Source: the human T2T-CHM13v2.0 reference genome, Homo sapiens | NCBI RefSeq assembly: GCF_009914755.1 | Contig: NC_060947.1 | Length of the DNA stretch: 64,000 bases | Reading direction: 5' to 3' (one strand) | Shown: positions 1 to 15,470 of the stretch, piece after piece | How the letters are laid out: each line of letters begins with the position of its first letter | How positions within the stretch are numbered: the stretch's first letter is position 1 | The notes under the pieces: generated by a model | What the model was told of the DNA's origin: nothing | Database searches by the model: none | The model's input: only the letters and a program-made list of their open reading frames with translations | Made by a program: the position numbers and the translations under genes

Positions 1-720
1 TGTCACTTTCTTATCCCAATTCTGCAATTCTCTGATATCAACTGGGTTTCCAACAGCTCCATTCGATTCTGACACTAACACCTCGAGTTAGCACAGACCA
101 CACAGGTTAAGGGTTCAGTCCCACAGGGCTGTCATACTTCAAGTCCCAGAGACCACCTATATTTCCGACCCACTGGCTAGAAGTTTGGGGGTTCCCATAA
201 TGCCTTCTTCAGGCTCAATAAAAATTCTCTAGAATGACTCACAGAACTTAGGAAAATATTTTACATCACTATTACTGGCTTATTTACAGGATACCAATCA
301 AGAATAGCCAGATGGAAGAGACATATAGAGCAAGGCATGGGGGTGAGGAGGGGCACAGGGCCAAGAACTTCCATACCCTCTGCAGACACTCCACCCTCCC
401 AGCACATCAGTGTGTGCACCCACCTGGAAGCTCCGCATATCATTGCTTAAGGGTTTTCATAGAATTCAGTGCCCAGCTTCACTTCCCTATGGTCAGGGGA
501 TGGAGCTGAAAGTTCCCATTCTCTAATCACAGGTTTGCCCTTGCTGGTGACCGGTCCTCACTCTGAGGCTATCTAGGGGTCCCCTCACCACTCATTGGCA
601 TAAACTCAGGTACGCTGGAAAGGGGGTCCTTATGAATAACAAAAGACACTCCTCTATCACTCAGGAAATGCCAAGGGTTTTAGAAGCTTTCTGCCAGGCC
701 ACAGAGATCAGATTTTTATA
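1..720. mobile_element. Old LTR, MER21-like; boundaries approximate
   Basis: Motifs such as ttctgacactaac...gagttagcacagaccacacaggttaagggttcagtcccaca resemble the recalled MER21 consensus. Confidence 0.6.
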
Positions 721-894
721 GCATAGTGACAGGCAGGAGCACTGGCCCAATCCAGCCACAATATCAGGGCCTGGCTAGGAGGAAACCACCGAAAGGGGAG
801 AAGCTCTGCGTGTTTTGCTGAGCTAAAGGCAGCAAGATTCTGCACAACTAACATTCCTAACAGCTCCTAGAAATGGCCAACCCCTCCCATGGGC

Positions 895-1130
895 ATTCAA
901 GTTGTAGCATGTGATAGAATTTCTTTTCTCTTTAAGGCTGAATACTAGTCCATTGAATAGATAGGCTATGTTTTATTTATCCATTCATCTGTCATTGAAC
1001 ATTAGGGTTGCTTCTACTTCTTGGCTATTGTGAATAGTTCTGCAATGAACACGGGTGTGCAAATATCTCTTTGAGATCCTGATTTCAGTTCTTTTGGATA
1101 TATATCCCCACACAAAGATTGCTGAATCCT
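895..1130 (-). mobile_element. L1M (L1MB-like) 3' fragment
   Basis: gttgtagcatgtgatagaatttc...aaggctgaata...ttatccattcatctg is typical antisense L1M 3'UTR. Confidence 0.75.
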
Positions 1131-1550
1131 TTTAATTTTTTTTTTCAAAGAAAATGGGCAACATAGTTGAAGTCAGCATCGGGGAATGAAATTGCTGACA
1201 CTTAGATACATTTAGATAAAGATAAGATAACAATCCAGGGAAAGGAGTACTTTCTCCACATTTATTTCCCCAGAGCTCTGTAAACAGAAATCTGAGAGAC
1301 AATTACAATTTGAGGAGCTGGAGTCCCTGGAAGTCATGCAAATTCTGTATTTACAGTAGCTTCCGTGTCTTCATTTCCAAATATTTTTCATCTCTACAAT
1401 GTTTTCACCTAATCAGGTTTTTGGGGACTATTTGTGATTCTATTATTTTACTTGAAAAAATGGTATGTCGGGCCCTATGTGATGTTGTTTATCATAAAAT
1501 ACCTGAGGAGGAACTCTGGTCCTGTGATAGTCATTTAAAACCAGCCATTA

Positions 1551-2330
<780 letters not shown>

Positions 2331-2454
2331 AAAAGAAAAATAAATATTGTGAATTCCAGAAAGTGTTATGGTCTACTTAAGAGAATCTCATGTTTTGCCT
2401 TTACATGTATGTGTACAAATGTGTACGTATATATAGATTTTGGCAATTATCATT

Positions 2455-2766
2455 CTTTTCTTTTCTTTTCTTTTCTTTTCTTTTCTTTTGTGTGTGTGGC
2501 AGGGGGATGGTGTCTCTCTCTGTCAGTCAGGTTGGAATGCAGTGGTACAATCTCAGCTCATTACAGCCTTGGCCTCCAGGACTCAAACGACCCTCCCACC
2601 TCAGCGTCTCGAGTAGCTGCTACACCTGGCTGATTTCTTTAGTTTTTGTAGAGATAGGTTTTGCCCTGTTGCCCAGTCTGATCTCAAACTCCTGGGCCCA
2701 AGCCATCCTCCCACCTCAGCCTCCCAGACTGCTGGGATTACAGATGTGTGCCACTGCATCTAGCCT
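2455..2766 (-). mobile_element. AluJ
   Basis: Diverged antisense Alu with (CTTTT)n tail. Confidence 0.9.
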
Positions 2767-2882
2767 CATTATTTCTTTTAGAAGACATTTATCAATTGTT
2801 TTCAATACACATCAGCATTAAAACCTTCATTTTCATGTAGCCATGCAGAAATAAAACAAGTCATTGTCTTCTCTGTGGCTCA

Positions 2883-3450
<568 letters not shown>

Positions 3451-4164
3451 TCATATTTATGCATATTCTGGACTCCTTCACTTATTCTGGCTCCCCACTT
3501 CTGCCTACTCCAAAACTTTTTAAATTTAGTGGGATTCGAATTGCCTTTACTTAGCAATCAAGACTTTGCATTTATTGGTGACCTCTGTCATAGTCTAACC
3601 TTATCATAGCGACTATGTGCAAATAGTGTCCTTTTATCCACATCCACCCAGTGGGGAAATGAACAAGGAAAGACAGATACAGTATTGGAGACAGAGTTAA
3701 AGGATCAGGCCCAGAGAAAGCAGCTTTGGACTAAGTCTTGAGGGGCTAGCAAACCACAGCCCAACAAAGGATTGGGAAAAGGGTTTTAAGCAGAGGGAAG
3801 CTTGCGTACAAGAGTAGAAAAGCCAAAACAGGCAGGAATCTCTTACCAACTGTCAGTATCTGACGGAGCCCTAGGATTTGTGTAGAAATTTCTCTGGATT
3901 GGTAGTAATTTATGGAATCTCAATTTCCTCCTCTGGGCAATAAAGAGCTCATAAGAAATATGAGCACAGCGGTGGTGATATGAATATACTTGAATATAAG
4001 AAATGGCATGCTAATGGCACTCTCCTATGCCTAATTTCTCTCCTAAGGTCCCCAAGTTTGTAAACTTATTTACTTCTCCTATGCTACCTCCAAGTTTTCC
4101 CACATACAGACTCTCTGTACCTTTTGTCAGTGTACAGCGAGCATTAGAATTTCTAATTGCCTTT

Positions 4165-5027
4165 GCAGAAGAAAAGAAATATGCAGTGTACAATTAAAGA
4201 GCTGATTTCATTCAGGTCATTGCAACAGGGAAAATGTTCATTAATGAGGAGCATCTCAAAGGACAGGATTGGAGCCTGGGGTTTTGTAGAGGGAAGTCGA
4301 CAGATAATCATCCTTATCATCTGCTAATCTTAAGGATAGAAGGAGGTGGGCCTTATCTGGGGATACTCATTTAACCCTTTCCCGGAACTCAAAAGTGTGG
4401 GGGCAATCATCCTTGTCATCTGCTGGTCTCAAGGATGGAAGGAGGTGGGACTTATCTGGGGATACTCAGTTAACCCTTTACTGGAATTCAAAAATGTGGG
4501 GGCAATAGCAAAGTCATGGAATCAATCTAGGTGCCCATCAACAGTGAATTGGATACAGAAAATGTAGTACATATACACCGTGGAATACTATGCAGCCATA
4601 GAAATAGAATTAAATGCCTTTGCAGCAACATGGATGCAGCTGGAGGCCATTATCCTAATCAAATTAATACAGGAACAGAAAACTAAATACCGCATGTTCT
4701 CACTTACAAGTGGGAGCTAAACACTGGGTACTCATAGACATAAAGATGGCATCAGTGGACACTGGGGACTACTAAGAGAGGAAGACAGATGAGCAAGGGT
4801 TGAAAAATTAACTGTTGGGTACTATGCTCAGTACCTGGGTGATGGGATCATTTGTACTCCAAACCTCAGCATCATGCAGTATACCCAGATAACAAACCTG
4901 CACATGTACCCTCTGAATCTTAAATAAAAGTTGAAAAAGAAAAAAAGAAAAAAAAATTGTGAGGGGAAATTGTTAACTCTTGCTATGTTCTGGGAGCTTA
5001 GGGCTCAGGTAATGTTCAACATTGTCA
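4165..5027 (-). mobile_element. MER31/MER67-like LTR interrupted by L1
   Basis: Right end is the reverse complement of tgacaatgttgaacattacctgagccct, the same start as the element near 9322; left boundary approximate. Confidence 0.5.
4503..4956 (+). mobile_element. 5'-truncated L1PB-like 3' end with polyA
   Basis: ggaatactatgcagccata...ggatgcagctggaggccattatcct...aaacctgcacatgtaccc, then polyA. Confidence 0.9.
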
Positions 5028-7230
5028 CCCTGCTACCCATGTGCCATGGTGATGGGCTTGACCTCTACTTCTAATAGAGAGAGAGAAACAGCACATGTAC
5101 TAGGGAGATCTCTGGTGTTCACATAGCTATATGCACGTTTTATTTTAGGGTGAGAGGGTTTGATTGCATATTTTCATTAATTATAATTTGAAAAATGTCT
5201 TTCACTGTTGCAGCTCATTATAGATAACATCATGTAGATTTTCAAGATGGGACCAAACATGGAAACTGCGATCGAGTAGTTCTCATATGCATGAGCTGTT
5301 ACAAATGCATTGGCCATTTGTAGTCCTACTCCAGCGGATTTTTGCCCAACAAACACAGTGATTCACCAAATTGAATTACGTATTTATCCTTTAATGTATT
5401 GTATGATGTAGTATATTTCTGACAGAATAAAACTTCTATTTTATCAGACATTGGTGAGAATTGAATATTCCCCTATAATATTATAAGTCTGAAACTGGAA
5501 GAGGGGAGACCTACTGAATAGCTCTGTCTTTACATATTTGAAAGGATATTCCTCCTCCTTTACCCACCTGCTTCCACTGCTGGGCACTGAGGATACATTC
5601 ATATACTTGTCCCTTCTCACAACGTCAGGTGAATGAGGCAGCAGGTGTATTTCTGACCAAAGGCAATAGGTGTATTTCTGGAAGCCAACCATTATAGGCC
5701 AGGAAAGCTAGGAAAATTTAGCATTACAAAGAAGTGACTGTGGGCACTCACATCCAAACTAAATGTATTACCAACTCATCTTCTGTTTTTTGTGATCCAC
5801 AGAATGCTCTGGTCACCCCAACATGGCCTGGTACATGGTCCAAAATGTCTTGTCAGTCACAAGCTTGGATAGAATCCATCCGTATCACCATCTGAGAAAC
5901 TAAGAGAGGAGACGTGTATTTCTTCCAGAAGAAGACAGGAAGCTTATCTCAAAACATCAGCCATGGTGGAGTTAAGCTTGAAGGGGGAAAATTAATTCAA
6001 AGCAATCCCAGAGAAATGCAGTTCAAAGAAGAAAAGAAAGTTCAAAATAAAGAGAAAGGGGAGAAGAAAAATGTAACACTGTACTCCACCCTCTAGAGGA
6101 TTCTTCCTTGACGTTGGGCAACTTTATGAAGACGTATGTGAGCACCAGAGGGACAGTGCCTAGAAAAAAGGAAAGTTCCCTCTAGATTATTATATGCAGC
6201 TCACAGCTCTGAGGCCATCTCTTGGAAAATACTAAATTTTTCTTTAATAAGTACTGATGCTATGTCTTTTTCCATGACTAATAATGCATTGTGCTTGAAA
6301 TTGTTAAACTCACAGGAGAGTAAAGTCATCACAGCCATAATAAGATATCAAAATGGATATATTTTAATAACTTTATTTTTTAAAGCAACTTTACATAACT
6401 CGTTGATTGAGGGAACTAAGCAGATTGATTGGTTCCAAGGAAAAGCTTTTTGAAAAATCACAAATATATAGATCAGGAAGGCTGAAATGGATATACAAAT
6501 GGAGTCTTAACTGGTTTCTCTATATGGAATGGGGAAAAAGTCAATCATACCACATAATTCAGCCAATGTGGGACAGAAAAGAATCTGCAAATCTCTAAGA
6601 ATTATTTTGGCATACTATCTGTTAAATACAATCTACACAGTTATAAAATAATTCAGAAAAAAATCAAAGGCTAAAATCATGTAACTCAGGAGCGTGTGCT
6701 CTATGTTGAAAATGCATATTCTTAAGCATTTTTTTTGGCCACTGTATCCCCAGCTAATTGGACACCTCACTGTTTGTGGTTGACTTGTGATAAATCCAAC
6801 ACTATGCTATTTCCATTCTAAATACCGTGTGACTCTAAAGTTAAAGTAATTTATTTGTTGTCAATGACACAGAATGTAAACACACAGATGTGCATTATCT
6901 CCATCAAGAAGAAAATCATTGTTTGAAGCACTTAAACACACTGTAAATGGTCAAGCTAGGTTTTCAAGTCTATGCTTGGGATTATTTTTAAAGCCTGCCA
7001 CAAAGTACAAATAACCTCATTGGTTGCAAATTTATTTTCTTCATCTCTTTTGAGAGAGAAGGACTCAAAATTCCATTGCTGAAGGGGGCTTCCCATGGAA
7101 ACACTGAGTGGAAATGCAAGCAGCCTCTATGAGCAAAGACCAGCCTCCGGTTGACAGCCAGACAAGGAAATGGGCACTGCAGCCATACAACTGCAAGGGA
7201 CTAAGTTTGACTAACAACCTGAATGAGCTT

Positions 7231-7950
7231 TGCTGTGGATCTATTAGGCCTTCCACAAATTAATATATGTTGAAGTCCTAATTCCCCAATGAGACTGTAT
7301 TTGGAGATCGGGTCTTTGAAAAAGTCTTTTAATTACAGTTAAATTAGGTCATAAGGGTGGGACCCTGTTTCAATAAGGCAGGTGCCTTATAGGAGGAGGA
7401 AGAAACACTAGAGTACTCTCTCATGTGTTCCCTCTCTCTCTCTCTCTCTTTCTGCCATGTGAGAACACACCAAGAAGGCACTATTGGCCTGGCACAGTGG
7501 CTCACGCCTGTAATCCCAGCACTTTCGGAGGCTGAGGCGGATGGATCAGCTGAGGTCAGGAGTTCAAGACCAGCCTGGCCAACATGGTGAAACCCCATCT
7601 CTACTAAAATTACAGAAATTACCCAGGCATGATGGCGAGCACCTGTAATCCCAGCTACTCGGGAGGCTGAGGCAGAGATAATTGCTTAAAACCCAGGAGG
7701 TGGAGGTTGCAGTGAGCTGAGATCACAACACTGCACTCCAGCCTGGGCGGTAGAGTGAGATTCCATCTCAAAAAAAAAAAAAAAAAAGGCACCATCCACA
7801 AACCAGGAAAAGAGTACTCACCAAGAACAGAATCTGCCACTGACTTGACCTTGGACTTCCCAGCCTCCAGAACTGTCAGAAATAAATGTCTATTGTGTAA
7901 GAAACTCAGTCTATGGTATTTTGTCACAGCAGCCCAAGCTAACAAGTACA
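7231..7950 (+). mobile_element. MLT1A/B-like MaLR LTR
   Basis: TG...CA ends, exact 5-bp TSD agctt at 7226-7230 and 7951-7955. Confidence 0.85.
7486..7787 (+). mobile_element. AluS inside the MLT1 LTR
   Basis: Full dimer, polyA, degenerate TSD aaggcactat/aaggcaccat. Confidence 0.95.
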
Positions 7951-8409
7951 AGCTTGGAAGGAGATTTATCCCCAGCATTTTCTGTAAGGCAGGCAGCCTG
8001 ACAGACACCTTGATTTCAGCCTTGCAAGCTCTAGAAGAGAGCTCAGAGGACCCCACAAGATTTCTGACGTGTAGTAACTCTAAATAATCAATGTGTATTG
8101 TTTTAAGCCTCAATGTTTGTGGTCATATGTTCCAGTATCAAAAGGAAACTAATACGGTTGCCTCCTAAATGTTCTTTCCCACAGTTAAGAAAGCTGAAAA
8201 CTCCCAAGTGAGTCTCAAATTTTTCTGCACTATGAGCAATGGCTCTCCTTGGAAGAGGTGAGGAAATAGCTCCAGCAGGAACCTGGGGTTGTTGCCCAGT
8301 TATAAAGATGTATTATCTTTTCATAAAATATGGTATGAGATGTCCTCCCAGAACTTCTCTCTTATGACAGCTTCCCACTCTATCCATAGCTTCAGCAACC
8401 AGTTCCTAC

Positions 8410-8845
8410 TGATAAAAGAAAAACTTCAGCAGAATTAAATTTAAAGGAGTTTAATTGAGCAATGAACAATTTGTGAATAAGTTAGCCCTCACAATCACAG
8501 CAGATTCAGAAAGACTCCAGCGTAGCTACGTGGTGGAAGAAGATTTAGAAACAAACAAAAAAAGGAAATGACGTACAGAAATTAATTGGAAGTGAGGTAC
8601 AGAACGGCTGGATCGGTTACAGCTCGGCATATGCCTTATTTGAACACAGTTTGAACACTCAGCGGTGTATGAATGGTTGAAGTATGGCCACTGGGATTGG
8701 TCAAGACTTAGCTATTGTTACGGGTGCATACTACTAAGTTAGATTTTCAATTTTATCTGCCTATTAAGCTAGGTTACAGTTGATCCACAAGGACTCAAAT
8801 ATAATCACGGAGTCCTTCTGAGGCCATATTTAGTTTGCCTTAACA
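8410..8845 (-). mobile_element. MER57-like ERV1 solo LTR
   Basis: Minus strand starts tgttaaggcaaactaaatatggcctcagaaggactcc, matching the recalled MER57 5' end. Confidence 0.75.
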
Positions 8846-9321
8846 CTGTATAGCTCCACACAGGTGCACTTGGCCAGGTGTGTTTTGCCAAATCAATGAT
8901 ACATTCCTTTTGTCTCCCACACAGTGGCTTCTCCGTGAATACCTTAGGAAATGTCCCAGAGCTCCATCATGGGCAGGAAGTAATCATGGAGGGAACTTCT
9001 CACTCTTGGGAGAAAGAAATGGATTGATCTATGTGTCTCATTTTTTCCTCCTCCTCTTTCCTTGGATAGACTATCCTGAGATGGCTGTCACTTGACTTTT
9101 CAGGTGGCCACCAGCTGCTCTTGCAGGTGACCAATGTATTCTTGCCATGGCTAGGTCTTCTCTAATTCACTGCCCCAGCCCTCTTGCTGCCTGGGATGGC
9201 ATGACCAAGGGAAGCACTGTCCTCTAAGCCACTGGCCCTGGCTCTGCTCTCAGGAGAAAGCAGGTGAAGATGGGCAGCCCTCAGCCTTTGCATTCTAGTC
9301 TACAATGTATTTGAGTTTGTG

Positions 9322-9987
9322 TTGATGATGTTGAACTGTACCCAAGCCCTGTGATCCTGGAAACAGCAACAGTTAAAGAATTTCTCCCACATTTTGAGTT
9401 CTGGAAAATGGATTACTGCAAAGAACTATCCTTACCCATATGACTTAGATAATACTCATGAATGTTCCCCCAGTTTACATAGGAAAAGACCAGACCCAGA
9501 CCCTCCAAGTTTCCATTCTTTGCATCACAATTGATAACTGACGAGGTGAACCTCTTGTCCCCACTAATCAATGGGAACAAAATGCTTGTGAACCAAACAT
9601 TGGGTCAGTTCTTCTTCTCCCCAGGACCTCGGACTTTAGCTCACCCTCAACATACGCCAACAGAACACCCCTCCTTTAGGGCCTCTTCTGAAAACAGCCT
9701 GCTCTTGGGGTAAACCATTCTCTGAACTACTGTCCTATAATATCACCCTTTATCCAACTTCCCCTCTCCTGTTTTTCTCTAGCCTCATTTCCTCTTGCCC
9801 ATAAAAGAAAAACCCTCTCTGCCTAACTCTTCAGACACTTGCAGACCTATAGTCAGAGCATTCTTGCTATTGCAATAATTCATATTTCCCAATTAAAATA
9901 ATAGGTGAACAGTCCTCCTCAACCCTTGCAATAATTATTTCAAAGAAGTCTTTTCTTACTTAGTCCAGATTTGTTTTTTCATTGACA
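9322..9987 (+). mobile_element. MER31/MER67-like ERV1 LTR
   Basis: tgatgatgttgaactgtacccaagccctgtgatcctggaaa start; LTR-like 3' end ...ttttcattgaca. Confidence 0.55.
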
Positions 9988-10039
9988 CTATTAATATAAA
10001 AGTAATTATTCTATCCCCTATTCCCTATGCCTCCAGAGA

Positions 10040-10382
<343 letters not shown>

Positions 10383-11307
10383 TAATATTTCCCCCCAAAA
10401 TTGGAGGCCTGCATAGGGTTACCAGTAAAACAAAAAATTAAAGGGTACCAAGTAATTACTGTAATTCATAGCATAAAGGATGTGGAGGGCAAAATTGTGT
10501 GCTTCTGCAGAAAACTGCTCGTTGTTTCTATCACACCCCTACTGGTATTGGATTCTGATTCTATAAAGCTCTGTGCCACCCATCGTCTTTGAGTTATTTT
10601 ACAACTCTGTACGTTGCAAATAGCCAAGGGTAATGCAAAATAATTCTTGTCTCTAGACATGCAAATTTACTCCTGTGGAAGTGCAAATGACTCCCACCAC
10701 CCACAAAAATAAAAGTCTGTTTTGCCTCTATTTGCACATACATATTGATATTTTTAAACCTATAAATATGATTGTTCCTTGGATTGTTTTTTAAATGTGT
10801 TATAAGACCTTCCTGGTGGTTCGCACACCAATAATGAGTTAAATAACATCTTTAACACTGGTTTATTTTTAGCTATCTGAGAGTCATAATTTTTCCTTCT
10901 TTGGAAATTATCCTTTAAAAGATATTTTTCATGGAGTGGACTTAGTTTTAGGAAAGGAAAAACTTCCCAGGGAAGAAATATTGACAAACTTACACCTATC
11001 TATTTTCCCCTAGATATGTATTTGAAATTTTCATGGAGAAAACAATTACAAGATAAAACTCTGTTCTATGATATTGCACTCTTCTATGAAGTTTGTCAGT
11101 TTCCTGACCTTCTTTGCTTTCTTCCAATGCAAACTGGAAATGGAGCTTGAATGTCAAGCTTGTTATAAATCTTTTAAAAAATTGATAATGCTTGTCATCC
11201 AAACAGTTTTTGTTTTTGTTCTTGACTCTCAGTCCTTCCTTGCTGTAATAAGAATATTCTGAGAAATGAGGCCTCTGGCTTTCTTCTCTCTTTCCTTTAA
11301 AGAATCT

Positions 11308-11710
11308 TGCTATAGTTTGGATGTTTGACCCCTCCAAATCTCATATTGAAATTTGATCCCGTAGTGGGAGGTGTTTGGGTCATGGGGGCAGATCCTTCAT
11401 GAATGTCTGGGTGTCATCCTCACAATAATAAGTGAGTTCTCACTTTATTAGTTCCTCAGAGGTTGTTAAAAAGAGCCTGGCACCTCCTCCTCTCTCTCTT
11501 GCTTCCTCTCTCTCCATGTGGTCTCTGCACATGCCAGCTCCCTTCCCCTTCCATCCTGAGTGGAAGCAGCCTGAAGCCCTCACCAGATGCAGACGCTGGT
11601 GCCATGCTTCCTGTACAGCCTGCAAAACCATGAACAAATTAATTTCTTTTCTCTATAGATTGCCCAGCCTCAGCTATTCTTTTATAGCCACACTAAACAG
11701 ACTAAGACTA
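11308..11710 (+). mobile_element. MSTB-like MaLR LTR
   Basis: tgctatagtttggatgtttgacccctccaaatctcat start, cagactaaga end. Confidence 0.85.
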
Positions 11711-12050
11711 ACCCAGTAAGAAATTTGGCAATGGCTTGCTGGATGCAATAAGGAAAGGGGTTTGCAGATAGAGGAAAACCTTGCCTGTATAAAGGACACC
11801 AGTTAGGAACTGATCTGAAGGAAGTGTCAAAACATGAAGAGAACACCTCAACAGTGAGCACTAGCCTGTTTAATGACATTTGGGAGCCATAGCCTTATAC
11901 TCCTAACTTTTACTGGAGGACAAGCTATAATTCAATGGAGGTCTTCATTTTCTTCTTTATTCCTTCCTACTCTGCAACAATTACTCAAGATGATTCTTGT
12001 ATTGTTGGTGAAGCTGTCTTTTGTATGCAATCGTTTGCACATTTGTCCAT

Positions 12051-12414
12051 TGTATTAATCAGCTCTCATGCTAATAATATAGACATACTCAAGACTGGGT
12101 AATTTATAAAGAAAATGAGGTTTAATGGACTCACAGTTCCACATGGCTGGGGAGGCCTCACAATCATGGCGAAAGGCAAAGGAAGGGAAAGGCACATTTT
12201 ACATGGCGGCAGGCAAGAGAGCATGTGCAGGGGAACTCCCCCTTAGAAAACCATCAGATCTTGTGAGACTTATTCACTAGCATGAGAACAGCATGGGAAA
12301 GATCTGCCCCCATAATTCAAGTACTTCCCACCAGGTGCCTCCCAGGACATGTGGGTATTATGGGAGGCACAATTCAAGATGAGATTTGGATGGGGACACA
12401 GCCAAACCATATCA
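12051..12414 (-). mobile_element. THE1 solo LTR
   Basis: THE1 motifs, TG...CA ends, exact TSD tccat. Confidence 0.92.
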
Positions 12415-12593
12415 TCCATTAATTGGATGGTTATTACCAGATTAACAACAGAATATGTAACACATTATTTTTCAATAATGACATTCAGTGAGATCATCTT
12501 TCCTTTCTTCAGACTGAATGAATGCTGTCTTCTGTGCACTTCTTCTAAATACTCTAAATGATCCATTTTCCCAGTAAGGAACTACAAGCTAAC

Positions 12594-13130
12594 TGTATTC
12601 ATTTTCTAATGCTTCGTAACAAATCGCTACAAACTTGGAGGCTTCAAATGATATATGTTTATTTCCTTGGAGTTCCCTTAAGCCAAGTGTCCATGCATGG
12701 CATAGGTGGGTCTTTGGCTGGCTTTTGAAGGCTGCAGTGATCATCTCATGTGGAGCCCAGGTCTTCTTTCCAACTCAGGGCTGTTGGTTGAATTTATTTT
12801 CTTATGTTGCAGAATGCATGATGACTAAAGGGATCTGCTGTTTCAGATCTCTTGCTCCTAGACTTTCTCTTAAAAGGCTCATCAAATTAGTGAGGTCTCC
12901 CAAATATAATCTCCTTAACTCAAATTCAACTGATTAGGAAACTTAATCACAGGTACAAAATGACATCTACAAAAATCCCCATAGTTATGCTAAATATTAT
13001 AACCTAGTCTCTGTCTTGACATCAATCACAGTGAAAGGCCCTGACTATACTCAAAGGTTGGGATTATACAGGACATGTAGTCTAGTGGGTGGGAATCTTA
13101 GAGGCTGTGTGATAATTCTGCCCCTCACAC
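12594..13130 (-). mobile_element. Old MLT1 LTR
   Basis: tgtattcattttctaatgcttcgtaacaaat start and gggaatcttagagg...aattctgcc end resemble antisense MLT1. Confidence 0.55.
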
Positions 13131-14179
13131 TTAGCATAGAACCAGATATTCTCTTATAAATTCTGTGCCATGCTGTAAAATGACACAGCAAGTCAGTTTT
13201 GTCTATGACTTAAGCAATGTCAATTTTATTTCAAAGGTCATCTTTCTTTTCAAAAGACTTAATTAACCTGCATATACCTCTAATGAGAGATTTTGCTGGT
13301 GTTTGAGAAATGGGGTTTATGCAAGAACTGTGTTCCTCTATCCATTTTTTAAAAAACTTCTGCTAGTAGCTGATTTGATTTAGACTCTGAATTTCAGAGT
13401 CAGGTCAGTCATGCAGATTCAGGAGAGAGCTACCACATAATTCTCAGGGTTGGGAATTGTACTTGTTCAAAATGGCAAAATAAAAGAACATCATGCACAG
13501 TTCAGATTTATTGCTGACTCTTAACCATGCATACAGAATGTTGAGTGAAGTTCAGGCGCTAAGTAGGACTCACGACTTAGGATGGAAACCAATAGATTAT
13601 AGATTGTGGAACTTGAGATCTAGAAAGGACCATAAACATTTTTTCTCAAATATCTTTATTCTAAGAGCTGAAAGCCCTGACACATTAGAGGCTTCCTACA
13701 GGTTGCAGAGGCAGTGGATTCACACAGAAGAATAACCTAGGTGTCAGAGTCCCAGCCCCCTACATACTCCAATTTGATTCTGTCTACTGTTGTTTGTGGG
13801 TGACAACCCCCTACACGCTGTTGACGTCTTGACAGCCAAGAAGTGCTAAGTCACAATGTTGGAAACCAAAGAGAAAACATAATCCTATCTGTCCGTACAA
13901 CTATAATGTATCTTCACTTGTAATTCCCAGAGCACAATGCTGGCCTTCGAGCCTCAGGACAGACAGGAAATTAACTGAAAAACAACTCAAAGTGAAAATA
14001 TCAACAGATGCACACAAACTTAAAAGAACATTCAGATAAACCAATTAACATCCAAAGGGTTGAGGTGGAAGGAAGGTGAGTGGGAGGTATGATGAGAATA
14101 AACTGAAAAAGGTCAGGGTCTCTCTGTTCTAGAAAAAAAACGGGAAAGAGAAGAATGTTGGAATGATGATTCTGTTCTA

Positions 14180-14517
<338 letters not shown>

Positions 14518-14825
14518 TATAAAGTCAGTCCTGCCCTAACATCAGCTCTAGGTACATCTGATTCTGCACCTGGGTTCAGCTTCAGGTGAACTTGCAACAT
14601 GATCTCTTCATGGCTGTGTTTCAGCTTGTCATGGAAATTCTGAGTCACTAAGCCCAAATTCCTGCCCCACCTTCCACCATCTTATATCCCAGGTTAATAA
14701 CAAAAGTCTTGCCTTGCTCTCCATGTCTAAAATCTTTTCTTGCCAACCTATCGAGTTCTCCTGTTTCTTCAAGATTTGGGCCTTACTTTCTTCTTGTTGA
14801 TTTTTACCTTGACCAAAGTCTTTCT

Positions 14826-15175
14826 AAAGCAAACTGAAATGTACATCAGAAGCCTCTGGAGGACTTGTTATTAATAAAACACTGATTGCAGGGCCCCACC
14901 TCAGAGTTCCTGATTCAGGAGGTCTGGCATGCAGGGGTGGGGTTGAAGTGAGAATTTGCAATTCTATTTTTGTTAAGAGATAGGATCTTGCTCTGTCACC
15001 CAGGCTGGAGTGTAGTGGTGCAATCACAGCTCACTGCAGCCTTGAACTCCTGGGCTCGAAGGACCCTGCTACCTCAGCCCCCTGGGTAGCTGGGACTACT
15101 ATGCCTGCCTGGAGAATTCACACTTCTAACAAGCTTCCTGTAGATACTGCTGCAGCTGGTCTGGGCACCACACTG
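14826..15175. mobile_element. MER5A-like hAT MITE interrupted by an antisense Alu monomer (~14967-15110)
   Basis: catcagaa...gggccccacctcagagttcctgattcag; duplicated gagaatt...ttcta around the Alu piece. Confidence 0.7.
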
Positions 15176-15319
15176 AATCTGAAGACTAAAGTAGCAACAT
15201 TATTTTTTTCCTATACTATCTGCTTCCAGCACCACCATTGCCAAACTCAACCTATGTGGCTAAACTTCTTCAAGTGATCTACAGCTGGTCACCACTATAG
15301 TCCTATTATATGCCTTCCC

Positions 15320-15470
15320 CAAGTGCTGTAAGGTAGGCATTACTATCCTTGTTCAACGTGGAAACTGAGCTTAGACTTGGAGAGTAACTTGCTCTTTGCA
15401 CAGAGATTTTAAAAGGCCAAGTTAGGAAGCCAATCCAGTATCTCCTGGCTTCTGTGTCTTATTATTTCTC
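15320..15470. mobile_element. MIR
   Basis: MIR core: gtaaggtaggcattactatcc...ggaaactgag...agtaacttgc. Confidence 0.65.

Larger units (their letters stand above)
7085..8155 (+). mobile_element. Old MLT1 LTR, outer element of a three-level nest
   Basis: MLT1-like sequence reads continuously across the 7231-7950 insertion and ends ggaaactaatac. Confidence 0.7.
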
